This document shows positions 39,674 through 48,760 of a stretch of DNA of 61,809 nt, in pieces. The notes below the pieces were generated by a model that made no database searches, was not told where the DNA came from, and saw nothing but the letters and a program-made list of their open reading frames with translations. Location of the stretch: positions 1 to 61,809 of IMG/VR virus record IMGVR_UViG_3300012232_000012. One strand, written 5' to 3'. Source of the stretch: a virus (lineage: Duplodnaviria > Caudoviricetes). Position 1 is the stretch's first letter. Each line of letters opens with the position of its first letter. The position numbers were made by a program, and so were the translations under genes.

Positions 39674-41992
39674 ATGGGCGTAACTGTCGCGGTTACTCGT
39701 GTTGCCGCTAATACCGGCACAGGCAATCAAACAATTAGTACAGACGACTTGGTAGGGTTGACCCCCAAGGCCGTGCTTTTGATTGCCACGCGAGCTACGG
39801 CGGACGGCGCGGCGGTTGACGGTGCGGGATTTTATTGGGGGCTTTCGGACGGCACAAACGAAGCGACAGGGAGCTATGAGGCCGAACACGCCCAAGCCTC
39901 GATGGACAACCGGTCTGACCAGGACGTAACTGCCGACCGTATCCTGACCATCTACGACGGCACGGCGGATGGCGTAGTAGAGGCCCTGGCTAGCTTCGTT
40001 TCCTTCCAGGCGGACGGAGTGACCATCAACTGGACGGACGCTCCGGCATCGGCCTTCCTGATTACGGCTATTTTCTTCGCCGGAACCGACCTGAGCGTGA
40101 GCGTCGGGCGGCAGGATTTGGGCAACACCGCTGATGCTTTGATAGCCAATACCAGCGTCGGCTTCGAGGCCGATGTGGTGCTCGCGTTCTGGAATAGCGT
40201 CATCGACCAGGGCAATGCGGGAATTGGTGTGGTACATAATAACCGGGCCGGGACAGTGACGCAACGAGGCATTTCACACTCCAACCGGAACACTTTCAGC
40301 GCATCGCAAGCGAACGCCCAGATGCGCGACGGCGAAGCCATCTCCAAACTCATCAGCACCGGTGGACTGGACTACACCGGCGAATTCAAGGCATTCGATA
40401 GCTCAGGCTGGGACGTGCAGCTCGGCGGCGGACGAGCGCCATCCAACGCCGATTATGCGTGGCTGGCTATGCGCTTCGGGTCGTCGCCGGTAGTTGGGTC
40501 GAAGGTCTACACCTACACCACGCCCACGGCAACAGGCAGCAACACCGACAGCAACCCCGGCTTTACGCCACAGTTCATCATGTACCTGGCGACCAGAGCA
40601 GCGGTCGCGGACACGATAGAAACCGACGCGGACGGCGGAACAATCGGGGTGGTTCTGGCAGACGCCGATGAAGTCTACACCCAGAGCATCAGCGATGAAG
40701 ATGCGGCGGCGGACAGCAACACTCAGTCGCTCTCGGATGACCGCATAAACCTGCCCACGCACACCGGGGCGGCGGGGCACGAGGCGACGCTGACCAATAT
40801 GGGCAGTACCGGCCCCGTGTGGAACTATGGGGCAACGGACACCGGCACGGCCCGGCTTTGGGGGGCGCTGGCGATTGAAAATTTTGTGGCGGCGGAAGCT
40901 GCTCAGCCCTCTAGTTCGATGTATTATCCAGATATTGATGAAACGTATAACGTTGAATACGACTACAGCGGCCACACTAATTGGCAGACGCCCACTGACG
41001 TAATTCCAATAGATGAGAGCATTCGTCAAGAGTTGCCTCAAATTGACGAGACGTACTACCTAGACCATAACTATAGTGGATGGGTACAAGCTCCAATGCG
41101 GGCGGATGTGTTTGCTATCGCCCTACAAGAACTGCCCCAGATAGATGAAACATACAACGAAGAGCACAACTATAACGGATTTGTCTCCTGGCAAACTCCG
41201 ACTGATGTCATTGCGCCGACAGATATTACGCCCAGGTCTGAGCTTCCTCAAATCGACGAGACGTTCTATGTAAGGTATAACTATCAAGGGCATCTTGGCT
41301 GGCCGATGCCTGCCAATGTAGAAGATTTTCAATCTCTCGCCGAACTGCCGGTTATAGACGAAACCTACGATGTAGAGTATGACTATCTGGGTCACGTAAG
41401 TTGGCAGATACCCGGCGATGTTATTGAACCATACATTCTGCCAGAAGCTACTCAGATTGATGAGACGTATAGCGAAGAGCACGACTACTCTGGCTTCGTA
41501 ACGTGGCAGACGCCTGGGAATGTAGAAGATTTCCAACCGCTAGCGGAACTGCCTAGAATTGATGAGACTTACGACGTAGAGTACGACTATTCTGGGATAG
41601 TTCAATCTCCATTTTCGGGTGATGTGGCCGTCCTGGACTCTGTTACACTTCCAGAACTTGCGACTATCGACGATACTTACAGCCCCGTCGGTTATAGCTA
41701 TTCCGGTTGGACTCAGTCCCCTCTGCGGGCCAGCGTACAGACACCTATTCAGGCGCAGTATCCGGTAATTGGTGCGCTATACGACCTGTTCTATGGTCAC
41801 AACTTCGACGGGATGGTGTCATTCCCAATTGGTAATCGTCCCAATATTCTGTTAGAATTGGATACGTACCTTGTGCGGGCGGTTGTTCCTACCACTGGAG
41901 AGGTTCTCCTAAAGCAGACTACCGGCAAAGCCCGACTCATCAAGAACCCATCCGCCGAGGTCAAGTTCAACGATACACTGTATGGAGAGTAA
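39674..41992 (+). CDS. tail/receptor-binding-like protein with 8-9 acidic C-terminal repeats
   Basis: Internally repeated beta domain then ELPxIDETY..(D/N)YxG repeats. Confidence 0.65.
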   Translation: MGVTVAVTRVAANTGTGNQTISTDDLVGLTPKAVLLIATRATADGAAVDGAGFYWGLSDGTNEATGSYEAEHAQASMDNRSDQDVTADRILTIYDGTADGVVEALASFVSFQADGVTINWTDAPASAFLITAIFFAGTDLSVSVGRQDLGNTADALIANTSVGFEADVVLAFWNSVIDQGNAGIGVVHNNRAGTVTQRGISHSNRNTFSASQANAQMRDGEAISKLISTGGLDYTGEFKAFDSSGWDVQLGGGRAPSNADYAWLAMRFGSSPVVGSKVYTYTTPTATGSNTDSNPGFTPQFIMYLATRAAVADTIETDADGGTIGVVLADADEVYTQSISDEDAAADSNTQSLSDDRINLPTHTGAAGHEATLTNMGSTGPVWNYGATDTGTARLWGALAIENFVAAEAAQPSSSMYYPDIDETYNVEYDYSGHTNWQTPTDVIPIDESIRQELPQIDETYYLDHNYSGWVQAPMRADVFAIALQELPQIDETYNEEHNYNGFVSWQTPTDVIAPTDITPRSELPQIDETFYVRYNYQGHLGWPMPANVEDFQSLAELPVIDETYDVEYDYLGHVSWQIPGDVIEPYILPEATQIDETYSEEHDYSGFVTWQTPGNVEDFQPLAELPRIDETYDVEYDYSGIVQSPFSGDVAVLDSVTLPELATIDDTYSPVGYSYSGWTQSPLRASVQTPIQAQYPVIGALYDLFYGHNFDGMVSFPIGNRPNILLELDTYLVRAVVPTTGEVLLKQTTGKARLIKNPSAEVKFNDTLYGE

Positions 41993-42324
41993 TGGCTACA
42001 GTAAACCTTCTCACCGATGTATATGTAGGAGAGTATGGGGATGCCATCATCGTCACCCTGATTGATGATGACGGCAATCCAGAGGATGTGTCCGCCTATA
42101 CCTCAACCAAAACCCTCCATGCTCGCTCCCCCGACGCCCAGAAGTCTGTCAACTGGACGGTGACATTTGTTAATACTGGAGCAGACGGCGTTGTCCAGTT
42201 TACCCCAGCACAAGGAGACATTGACCGGCACGGTGATTGGGAAGCCCAGTTTGAACTTACCACCGCGGGCTCTTCAAAGAAATCGTTTCCTTTTGTGATG
42301 CGGGTAGGTAAAGGGGTTCTATAA
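41992..42324 (+). CDS. BppU N-terminal-like virion protein
   Basis: VGEYGD.I.VTL.DDDG.P.DVS...GVVQF...GDID..GDW.AQFE pattern. Confidence 0.6.
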   Translation: MATVNLLTDVYVGEYGDAIIVTLIDDDGNPEDVSAYTSTKTLHARSPDAQKSVNWTVTFVNTGADGVVQFTPAQGDIDRHGDWEAQFELTTAGSSKKSFPFVMRVGKGVL

Positions 42325-42692
42325 TGGGTGAAACACAACCAACATTACCTGGTATGGAGGTATCTGTCGTGCAACCAGTCATTACACCTATCCCCGCTCC
42401 ACCTCTTCCTCCCAAGACAACCGAACAAGAGGACATGACTCTTAAGGGTCAGCGAGACATCAATCGTATTTGGGAGTATACGCAATCAATAATTGCTCTA
42501 GTGGTTACAACAGCTTGTGTCACTGTTGGTGTTCACATAGGATTCAGCGATGACCCAAGCCACCAGATACCATCCATTCTGAGTAATGCCTTCTTCCTTA
42601 TCGTGGGCTTCTACTTCTCCCGCACCAACCACACCGCTATTGGGGGGCTGGGAAGAAAAGCTAATGAGATTCAGTATTACGAAGGGCGCTAG
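42324..42692 (+). CDS. holin-like 2-TM protein
   Basis: Two TM segments, LIVGFYF motif. Confidence 0.55.
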   Translation: MGETQPTLPGMEVSVVQPVITPIPAPPLPPKTTEQEDMTLKGQRDINRIWEYTQSIIALVVTTACVTVGVHIGFSDDPSHQIPSILSNAFFLIVGFYFSRTNHTAIGGLGRKANEIQYYEGR

Positions 42693-43254
42693 GCTAAAGA
42701 CTGCACTGTTCTCCATAGCACTGTTGGCAGCGTTCATACCAGCATATACAGAAGCTCTTGTGACCAACGTTTCCATACCGCGACTGTTCTCCTATGCAGT
42801 AGTGCAACAGCCAAGAGACGATGCGGGTTTCGTATCGCTCAAAGGTGAGCGTGTAACGGAGTTCGCTCAGGCTTTAGTATATGGCCGCTCTCGCGGGCTG
42901 TTGGCAGACAATAAGCTAGCGGGAAGCATCTTCCCTGTGATAGGGTTGGGGGATAGGATTACAATAGAGTATGACGACGGCACATCAGAAGAGTATAATG
43001 TGGTAAGATTAAGGCACTTTCAGGCCCTAACTCCCACCTCCCCCTACAGTAACTTCATTGACCTGGCGGATGGCGAGTTTTACACGGCGGCACAGGTGTT
43101 CCATGCCACCTACGGTATTGAAGGGGCCTTGATTTTGCAGACGTGTATAGTCAAAGACAACGAGTGGGCGTGGGGGCGGCTGTTCGTTATCGGAAAACTG
43201 ATAGAACCAGAACCAAGGCCAGTCTATCCAGACGGTAGGAGAGTACCAAGATGA
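42664..43254 (+). CDS. sortase-fold secreted protein
   Basis: Signal peptide; F..I..GDRITI...Y.V; LILQTC...WGRLFVIG (TC...R motif); His position reads Asp (LLADN). Confidence 0.7.
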   Translation: MRFSITKGARLKTALFSIALLAAFIPAYTEALVTNVSIPRLFSYAVVQQPRDDAGFVSLKGERVTEFAQALVYGRSRGLLADNKLAGSIFPVIGLGDRITIEYDDGTSEEYNVVRLRHFQALTPTSPYSNFIDLADGEFYTAAQVFHATYGIEGALILQTCIVKDNEWAWGRLFVIGKLIEPEPRPVYPDGRRVPR

Positions 43255-43598
43255 CACCACGACCAGACAGTCCTGGACATTCCGAGGAAGCTCACTATAG
43301 GAAAGATGACCGCGAGCATCCCTACAAGAAAGACCATAAAGACGAGCCTGTCACCCACGAGAGCGGCGATGACCAGGCTCAGAAGCACGAGCCAAAAGAG
43401 AAAGACACTCCTCATCCAGACCACCCCGAGCACAATGACCCCATTCCCAGACCGGCCCCGGAACATGACAAGGGCCAGTCCAAAGCACCGGAGCAAGTCG
43501 GTTGCTTGTGGGGGTTCGTGCGGTACGTAGTCAGCACACCTTTGCGTGTGGCACAGGCGGTACGTCGATTCTTCGTAAGAATTTTCAGAGTCAAATAA
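43251..43598 (+). CDS. His/Asp/Pro-rich disordered protein with C-terminal basic amphipathic helix
   Basis: Composition; SD AGGAG. Confidence 0.55.
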   Translation: MTPRPDSPGHSEEAHYRKDDREHPYKKDHKDEPVTHESGDDQAQKHEPKEKDTPHPDHPEHNDPIPRPAPEHDKGQSKAPEQVGCLWGFVRYVVSTPLRVAQAVRRFFVRIFRVK

Positions 43599-43610
43599 AG
43601 GACAACGAAC

Positions 43611-43856
43611 ATGAAATACAAACTTTTTGCGGACGCCAAGCTCTGGACACTTGTTGGAGATTTAGTCTTTGGAGGACTGGCCTTGGGCCTGACCTTCATC
43701 TCTGACCCGGTTGCCTTTGCGGTAGCCACATATGTGGTCGGGGGCCTACAGCCCATCGTCTTTCTGGTAATTGCCGAGCTATTTGTGGCAGACGCCCAGA
43801 CGTTCAAGCTCAGAGCCTTAGACTCAGAAGTGCCGCTGCCCGCCCATTTCAAATAA
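43611..43856 (+). CDS. holin-like 2-TM protein
   Basis: Two hydrophobic segments. Confidence 0.55.
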   Translation: MKYKLFADAKLWTLVGDLVFGGLALGLTFISDPVAFAVATYVVGGLQPIVFLVIAELFVADAQTFKLRALDSEVPLPAHFK

Positions 43857-43925
43857 CCAAATCCAACAGACAGTAGCCACCCCGACCAAGGGTGGCTACG
43901 AAGCTATTACCAAGGAGAGACACAG

Positions 43926-44774
43926 TTGTCTGCTCAATATTGCAAACACGGACATACCAAAGCCGCACATCCGCGATGCTTCGAGGGGCTGTCATTACAC
44001 GAAGACACGGCTATGCCAAAGATTCTGATATTCGATGTTGAGTGCGCCCCCATACAAGCCTTCGTCTGGGATTTGGGGAAACAGTGGGTTCGATACCATC
44101 AGGTCATACACGACAAGTTCATCCTGTCATGGGCAGCCAAGTGGCTGTTCGATAACAAGATTATGTCGGGTGTATTGAAACCAGAAGAGGCCCGCCATAA
44201 GGATGACCGGCGCATTGTAGAGTCCATGTGGGCGCTGCTGGATGAGGCCGACATAATCATCGCCCACAATGGAAAGCGGTTCGACATCAAACTGATGAAC
44301 ACCCGCTTCATCCTACATGAGATACTCCCCCCTATGTACTACCAAGTTATAGACACCCTTGAGAAGGCCCGCAGTACATTCTCATTCAGCAGTAATGCCC
44401 TGGACTATGTGAATATGCTGATGGAGTTGGATGGTAAGAGAGAGACCAACTTTCAACTGTGGGTGGATTGCTACGCGGGGAACAAAAAAGCACTCGACAA
44501 GATGGTTGACTATAACAAGCACGATGTAGTGATACTGGAAGAGCTATACGTTCGTATCCGGCCCTGGATAAAATCCCACCCCAACATCGGCCTCTATGGG
44601 AATATGGAGATAGAAGTTTGCGTTACTTGCGGGAGTAGCAATTTGCAGTCGAAAGGCTTCTACTATACTCCAGCGGGTAGATATGATGCGTTTAGATGTA
44701 GAAATTGCGGAGCGCCGGGTCGCTTACGTCGCTCAGATTTAGACAAAGAGCAACGCAAAGTCCTTACCGCGTAA
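43926..44774 (+). CDS. RNase H-like (DEDD/YprB-type) 3'-5' exonuclease with C-terminal Zn ribbon
   Basis: ILIFDVE, IIAHNGKRFD, IDTL, YNKHDV, CVTC...CRNC. Confidence 0.85.
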   Translation: MSAQYCKHGHTKAAHPRCFEGLSLHEDTAMPKILIFDVECAPIQAFVWDLGKQWVRYHQVIHDKFILSWAAKWLFDNKIMSGVLKPEEARHKDDRRIVESMWALLDEADIIIAHNGKRFDIKLMNTRFILHEILPPMYYQVIDTLEKARSTFSFSSNALDYVNMLMELDGKRETNFQLWVDCYAGNKKALDKMVDYNKHDVVILEELYVRIRPWIKSHPNIGLYGNMEIEVCVTCGSSNLQSKGFYYTPAGRYDAFRCRNCGAPGRLRRSDLDKEQRKVLTA

Positions 44775-44885
44775 CTCAATAATTCATTAACCACGACACT
44801 GGCGCAATACGGGGGCTGTTATGTAAGCCTTGTAATCATGGGCTTGGGCTTTTCTATGACAATACCGTAGCCCTGAGCAGGGCTG

Positions 44886-45878
44886 TTACATATCTGGAAT
44901 CCAGTGATTAATTCTTAAGAGGGCTGTTTCAGCATATGCCTGGTCTATTTCTATTGCATCCACCTGCTCCCACCCCGCCAGCGCTGCACCTATAGCTTCG
45001 CTCCCCGTTCCTGCAAATGGATTGAGCAGTCTTCTAGGTGCATACATCTCAGGGGGCAGTAGTAAGGTAGCCAGGTATCTGTTCAGGTCAATGGGCTTGA
45101 TGGCTGCGTGGGGGTTCTTGCCGTCTAATCCTGCGTCCCGCTCCTTGGCATTGGGTTTGGGCTGATAGAAATAAGGAGGAAGGTCTCCGCCTATGAAGTT
45201 GGCAGGCCATCGCCCATTGGTTTCCATTGTAGTAGTGTATTCATGCCCCGCTCCTCCACCAAATGGCTTGGCTCCATCATCAAAGCGATTGATGACGTAA
45301 GGCGCGTCTGACTTTACCCTTCCGCCCTCAATGTTGAATACCCCCGCCCCAGTCTTGACAATGTTCTCAATAGGTCTACCCTCATACGGCCTCTGGAACA
45401 CACAAATAGGTTCCAGGGCTGGCTTCTGCACCCCAAGCCCGTACTTATATCCATCCCATACCAGGTCGTCTACCCGTATTTTGGTGGCTTTGGGCATACC
45501 GCTTGAATACACCCATCCAATCATGGGGTGGATGATGAAGCCAGCCTCTTCTATAGCACAGGCCATGTGATGGTAAGTTCTGGCTCCGGCAAAGGCCATA
45601 CCAAAAGCTCCTGGGTATAGAACGGCCTTGAAAGCGTCCCAAGTCTCTGGTCTAAAGGCCACGTCAGAGTCCCATGACTGGCCCATGAATCCTTTGCTGG
45701 CCCGCTGGAAAGCCCCGTCTGTCCCATATCTGGCGGGAGCACTATCGGACTTGCCAAAACGTTTGGAGATGGTGTCAAGGTGATACGGAGGGTCTGCAAG
45801 TAAGGCATGGTATGGTTCTCCTTGATAACTTCTTACCGCTACAACTGCGTCGTCAACCAGAATTTTCGGTTTGTTCAC
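44886..45878 (-). CDS. N6-adenine/N4-cytosine DNA methyltransferase (beta class)
   Basis: ADPPY, KPALEPI, NPHAAIKP, NPFAGTGS. Confidence 0.88.
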   Translation of the reverse strand: MNKPKILVDDAVVAVRSYQGEPYHALLADPPYHLDTISKRFGKSDSAPARYGTDGAFQRASKGFMGQSWDSDVAFRPETWDAFKAVLYPGAFGMAFAGARTYHHMACAIEEAGFIIHPMIGWVYSSGMPKATKIRVDDLVWDGYKYGLGVQKPALEPICVFQRPYEGRPIENIVKTGAGVFNIEGGRVKSDAPYVINRFDDGAKPFGGGAGHEYTTTMETNGRWPANFIGGDLPPYFYQPKPNAKERDAGLDGKNPHAAIKPIDLNRYLATLLLPPEMYAPRRLLNPFAGTGSEAIGAALAGWEQVDAIEIDQAYAETALLRINHWIPDM

Positions 45879-46398
45879 TTTCTTGCTCCTTTAGTTTCAG
45901 AGCGGCTAGTGCTATGGCTACACTATCAGCCGCGTTATGATTGAGTAAGGGCCATACATCCATAGCTTGAATACGCCCATCTTCAAAAGCCAACTTACGT
46001 GCGGTCATGGGAGGAATCATTCTTACGTCTTTAACGCCAGATTGTCTCAATCCAAAGTAGAATCCAAAGCGTACCTCTGCCAGCCCCACCTGCCCCATCT
46101 GCTTATGGAATGCTGCATCTTCTACCAGGGCCAGGTCAGACCCAACATTAAGTCCCATCATGAGTTGTATTGCCTCCGAGCCATAGTCATAGCGATGTTC
46201 TTGCTTTATGAGGTGGCCGAAGTACACATACACTTTCTCATGATGGACGTGTGTGACCCCGAAGTTGGCTCCGGGGTCTATGCCACACACCATGCCTGTG
46301 GGGTAGCAAACCCCCTCTACCAGCTTTAGGCTAAGTTTTCCAACTCGGATGGTTCTTGCTCTGTATCCGGCAGGGAAGGAAATCCTGAACTCATCCAT
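45853..46398 (-). CDS. ruvC: RuvC-like Holliday junction resolvase
   Basis: CGIDPG, LVEDA, ADSVAIA. Confidence 0.8.
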   Translation of the reverse strand: MDEFRISFPAGYRARTIRVGKLSLKLVEGVCYPTGMVCGIDPGANFGVTHVHHEKVYVYFGHLIKQEHRYDYGSEAIQLMMGLNVGSDLALVEDAAFHKQMGQVGLAEVRFGFYFGLRQSGVKDVRMIPPMTARKLAFEDGRIQAMDVWPLLNHNAADSVAIALAALKLKEQESEQTENSG

Positions 46399-47336
46399 TC
46401 TTCCTCATATTTCTGTATGGCTTCTTGGAACGGCTCGAACTTCTTTTGATTGCCATCACGAGCAGCTTTGAGTAGGTCTGCTTTGAGATACCCTATTGCC
46501 TTGCCGTCTATCTTCACCTTAGCATCTCGCTCTGCCAGCCCCAAACCAAACGCATCAAACATGGCAGATGCTCCAGCATGGACGCCGTAGTTAGGTATGG
46601 TGAAGAAGCCAAAGGTTCGCCCCTTACCCCCGTACCTGTTCTTCTCGACCTTGCCCTTTACCAGAGAGCCGTATATTGTGCCGCTCTCCTCGGCAAGTAT
46701 CTCGCTCACCCACAACATCAGGCGTGTCTGGGCCAGGAACTTGAGGGCGTCTCCACCGGCTGACTTATACCCGCCCTTGGCCCCCAGGATGGCGTACACA
46801 TGGTTCACAATGATGGCCTCGGCAGCGTCATCCTTATTGCGTAGGTGGGCCATGAGGCGGCGGGCCAACTGTGCTACCAACTTGGCTCTTCTGCCCATGA
46901 ACGCCTCTCCGAAATCACCAGCCCCCTCTGCTACTGGAATGATGCCGCCTACACTGTCCAGAATAGCGACCCCGTTCTCTGGCTTGTATAGATTATCGGC
47001 CATCTCTTGTAACATCACTTCATGAGAGACAGGCTTGCCCTTCTTGTCAGTTGTATCGGAGATGTGAACCGTACCATTGTATTCCGTCCCAATGGCAGAT
47101 GGCAGGTAGCTCTGGTCAAGGAGTTCAAGGTCACAGATTAGTATGTCCTTATCCTCAGCCAATCTACCAGCTAGATAGTAGGATAGAGTAGACTTCCCCA
47201 CGCCCTCGAAGCCATACAGTTCTACTAAGGTACGCATCGAGATGCCAAGACTGCCCAGTCTACCAAGGGCCACGTCCAAGGAGAACAGTCCGGTGCGGCG
47301 GCGGATTATGGTTGGATAGTTACCAGTAATCTTCAT
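46326..47336 (-). CDS. recA: RecA/UvsX-like recombinase
   Basis: TGLFSLDVALG, ELYGFEGVGKST, ILDSVG, GGDALKF, VEKNR. Confidence 0.88.
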   Translation of the reverse strand: MKITGNYPTIIRRRTGLFSLDVALGRLGSLGISMRTLVELYGFEGVGKSTLSYYLAGRLAEDKDILICDLELLDQSYLPSAIGTEYNGTVHISDTTDKKGKPVSHEVMLQEMADNLYKPENGVAILDSVGGIIPVAEGAGDFGEAFMGRRAKLVAQLARRLMAHLRNKDDAAEAIIVNHVYAILGAKGGYKSAGGDALKFLAQTRLMLWVSEILAEESGTIYGSLVKGKVEKNRYGGKGRTFGFFTIPNYGVHAGASAMFDAFGLGLAERDAKVKIDGKAIGYLKADLLKAARDGNQKKFEPFQEAIQKYEEEWMSSGFPSLPDTEQEPSELENLA

Positions 47337-48025
47337 TACGCCTCCGACACTGGGGTATTGTTCCTGATGCGCTCGATAAGTCTCTGTACTGCATCTTCGG
47401 TGGAGTTCACATCCAACCATCCTGCCTCAAAGGTCTGTCCTTCGAGCATTGCAAGAAGTGTACCTTTTGGATAAGTTGCATCATCGCGCCACACCAGCTT
47501 GCCTATCAGGGCGGAGCCGGATGATGTAGCCTCTCCTCTTGCATCCCGAATTATCTCTCGGATGGATGCCCGGTCAGGGGCATCAGCCGCCCTCATGAGA
47601 CCTTCGTCATCAAGAGACCCCTCCCTGGCAGCGGCGGTAAGCATAAGCAGGTCACGGATAGGTCTTCCCATGAGCTTCTGCTTGGTGTCCTGAGTGATGT
47701 AGTTGTTCTCAAAGATAGCCTCCCACATCTTGACGTACTTGTCTACGGTGGCCTTGGCTACACCCATGCGCTCGAACACTACATCTTCAAACGGCTCTTC
47801 AATGTAGAACAACTCCCATACTGAGCGTATCTTGTAGAGCAGCTTGGCTAGTGCATGGGCACGCAACAGCCCCGAGCGGATGAGCGACAGACCAAAATCG
47901 AATGCAATACTTGGGTCTCCGACCACAGTGGACTCTGCTACTGCCTTATCTACTTCATCGAACAGGGCAACATCTGCTGGTTCAATCTGGCGAATTGGTT
48001 GGTCATAGGATGAGCTAGGAAACAT
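47336..48025 (-). CDS. hypothetical helical protein
   Basis: Coupled ORF. Confidence 0.7.
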   Translation of the reverse strand: MFPSSSYDQPIRQIEPADVALFDEVDKAVAESTVVGDPSIAFDFGLSLIRSGLLRAHALAKLLYKIRSVWELFYIEEPFEDVVFERMGVAKATVDKYVKMWEAIFENNYITQDTKQKLMGRPIRDLLMLTAAAREGSLDDEGLMRAADAPDRASIREIIRDARGEATSSGSALIGKLVWRDDATYPKGTLLAMLEGQTFEAGWLDVNSTEDAVQRLIERIRNNTPVSEA

Positions 48026-48524
48026 ATCGAATTACCTCTGACAATCTAGTGAAGGCGAGACGTAGCTCGCCTATGCTGCCATGCATGGCAATGGCGGGGT
48101 TAGGGGATGCCAGTGCTATCGCATCCGACGGTATGAATGGGCCTACTACTCTAAGACTGCTGACATCAGTCATGTTCTGCTTACACAGGCGCTTGACTGT
48201 ATCCGAACCCATGAGGAAGATGACCTTACGCCCAATCATCTCACCCACAAGCTGTTGCAGGTGGAAGTCAATCGGGCATGGCTCGCCCTTCTTGGCTATC
48301 TGGTGGAGCCACAAGGTCGTAATACGAAATTGGGAAAGTTGCAAGCCAACCCTCCCCAGTTCCTCCGTCAGAATGTCCCCGGTCTGCCCGACGAACGGGC
48401 GTCCTTGTTTCATTTCCTCTCCACCTGGGAACTCTGCTACAAGTAAGATAGGGCTGCTCGGCGGGCCTGCTGGCATCACCAGCTGTTTTCCACAGCCTGG
48501 ACATATCGGCCTCCCGCTATACAT
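48015..48524 (-). CDS. family-4 uracil-DNA glycosylase-like protein
   Basis: ILLVAEFPGGEEMKQGRPFVGQTG; motif B reads NPA instead of HPA. Confidence 0.8.
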   Translation of the reverse strand: MYSGRPICPGCGKQLVMPAGPPSSPILLVAEFPGGEEMKQGRPFVGQTGDILTEELGRVGLQLSQFRITTLWLHQIAKKGEPCPIDFHLQQLVGEMIGRKVIFLMGSDTVKRLCKQNMTDVSSLRVVGPFIPSDAIALASPNPAIAMHGSIGELRLAFTRLSEVIRYVS

Positions 48525-48760
48525 AGTTGCCTACCATCATACTCTTGATGATATAGGCCCGCTCTTCAATGGCTGGACTATCCAGCAAGTCCAAGTCCTG
48601 CCCTGTCCAGCCCCTCCCTTGCAGGGATAGAACAACAACGGCTGTGATGATGTCCTCCAGACTATCATCCTTTAGGATGCGGGCAATCTCGGCAACACGT
48701 CCGTACTCGCTGTCAACCTTCTCGTCCTGCACAACTTCCTTAATCCTCACCTTCGTCATC
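48517..48760 (-). CDS. small hypothetical protein
   Basis: Probable ATG ~48760 overlapping the polA end. Confidence 0.5.

Noticed and set aside
39419-41041. Long minus-strand ORFs (281 and 212 aa)
   Set aside because: Antisense shadows of a GC-rich plus-strand gene.
40919-41830. CRISPR array or DGR repeats
   Set aside because: Repeats are conserved at protein level with synonymous divergence; no cas or reverse transcriptase gene is seen.
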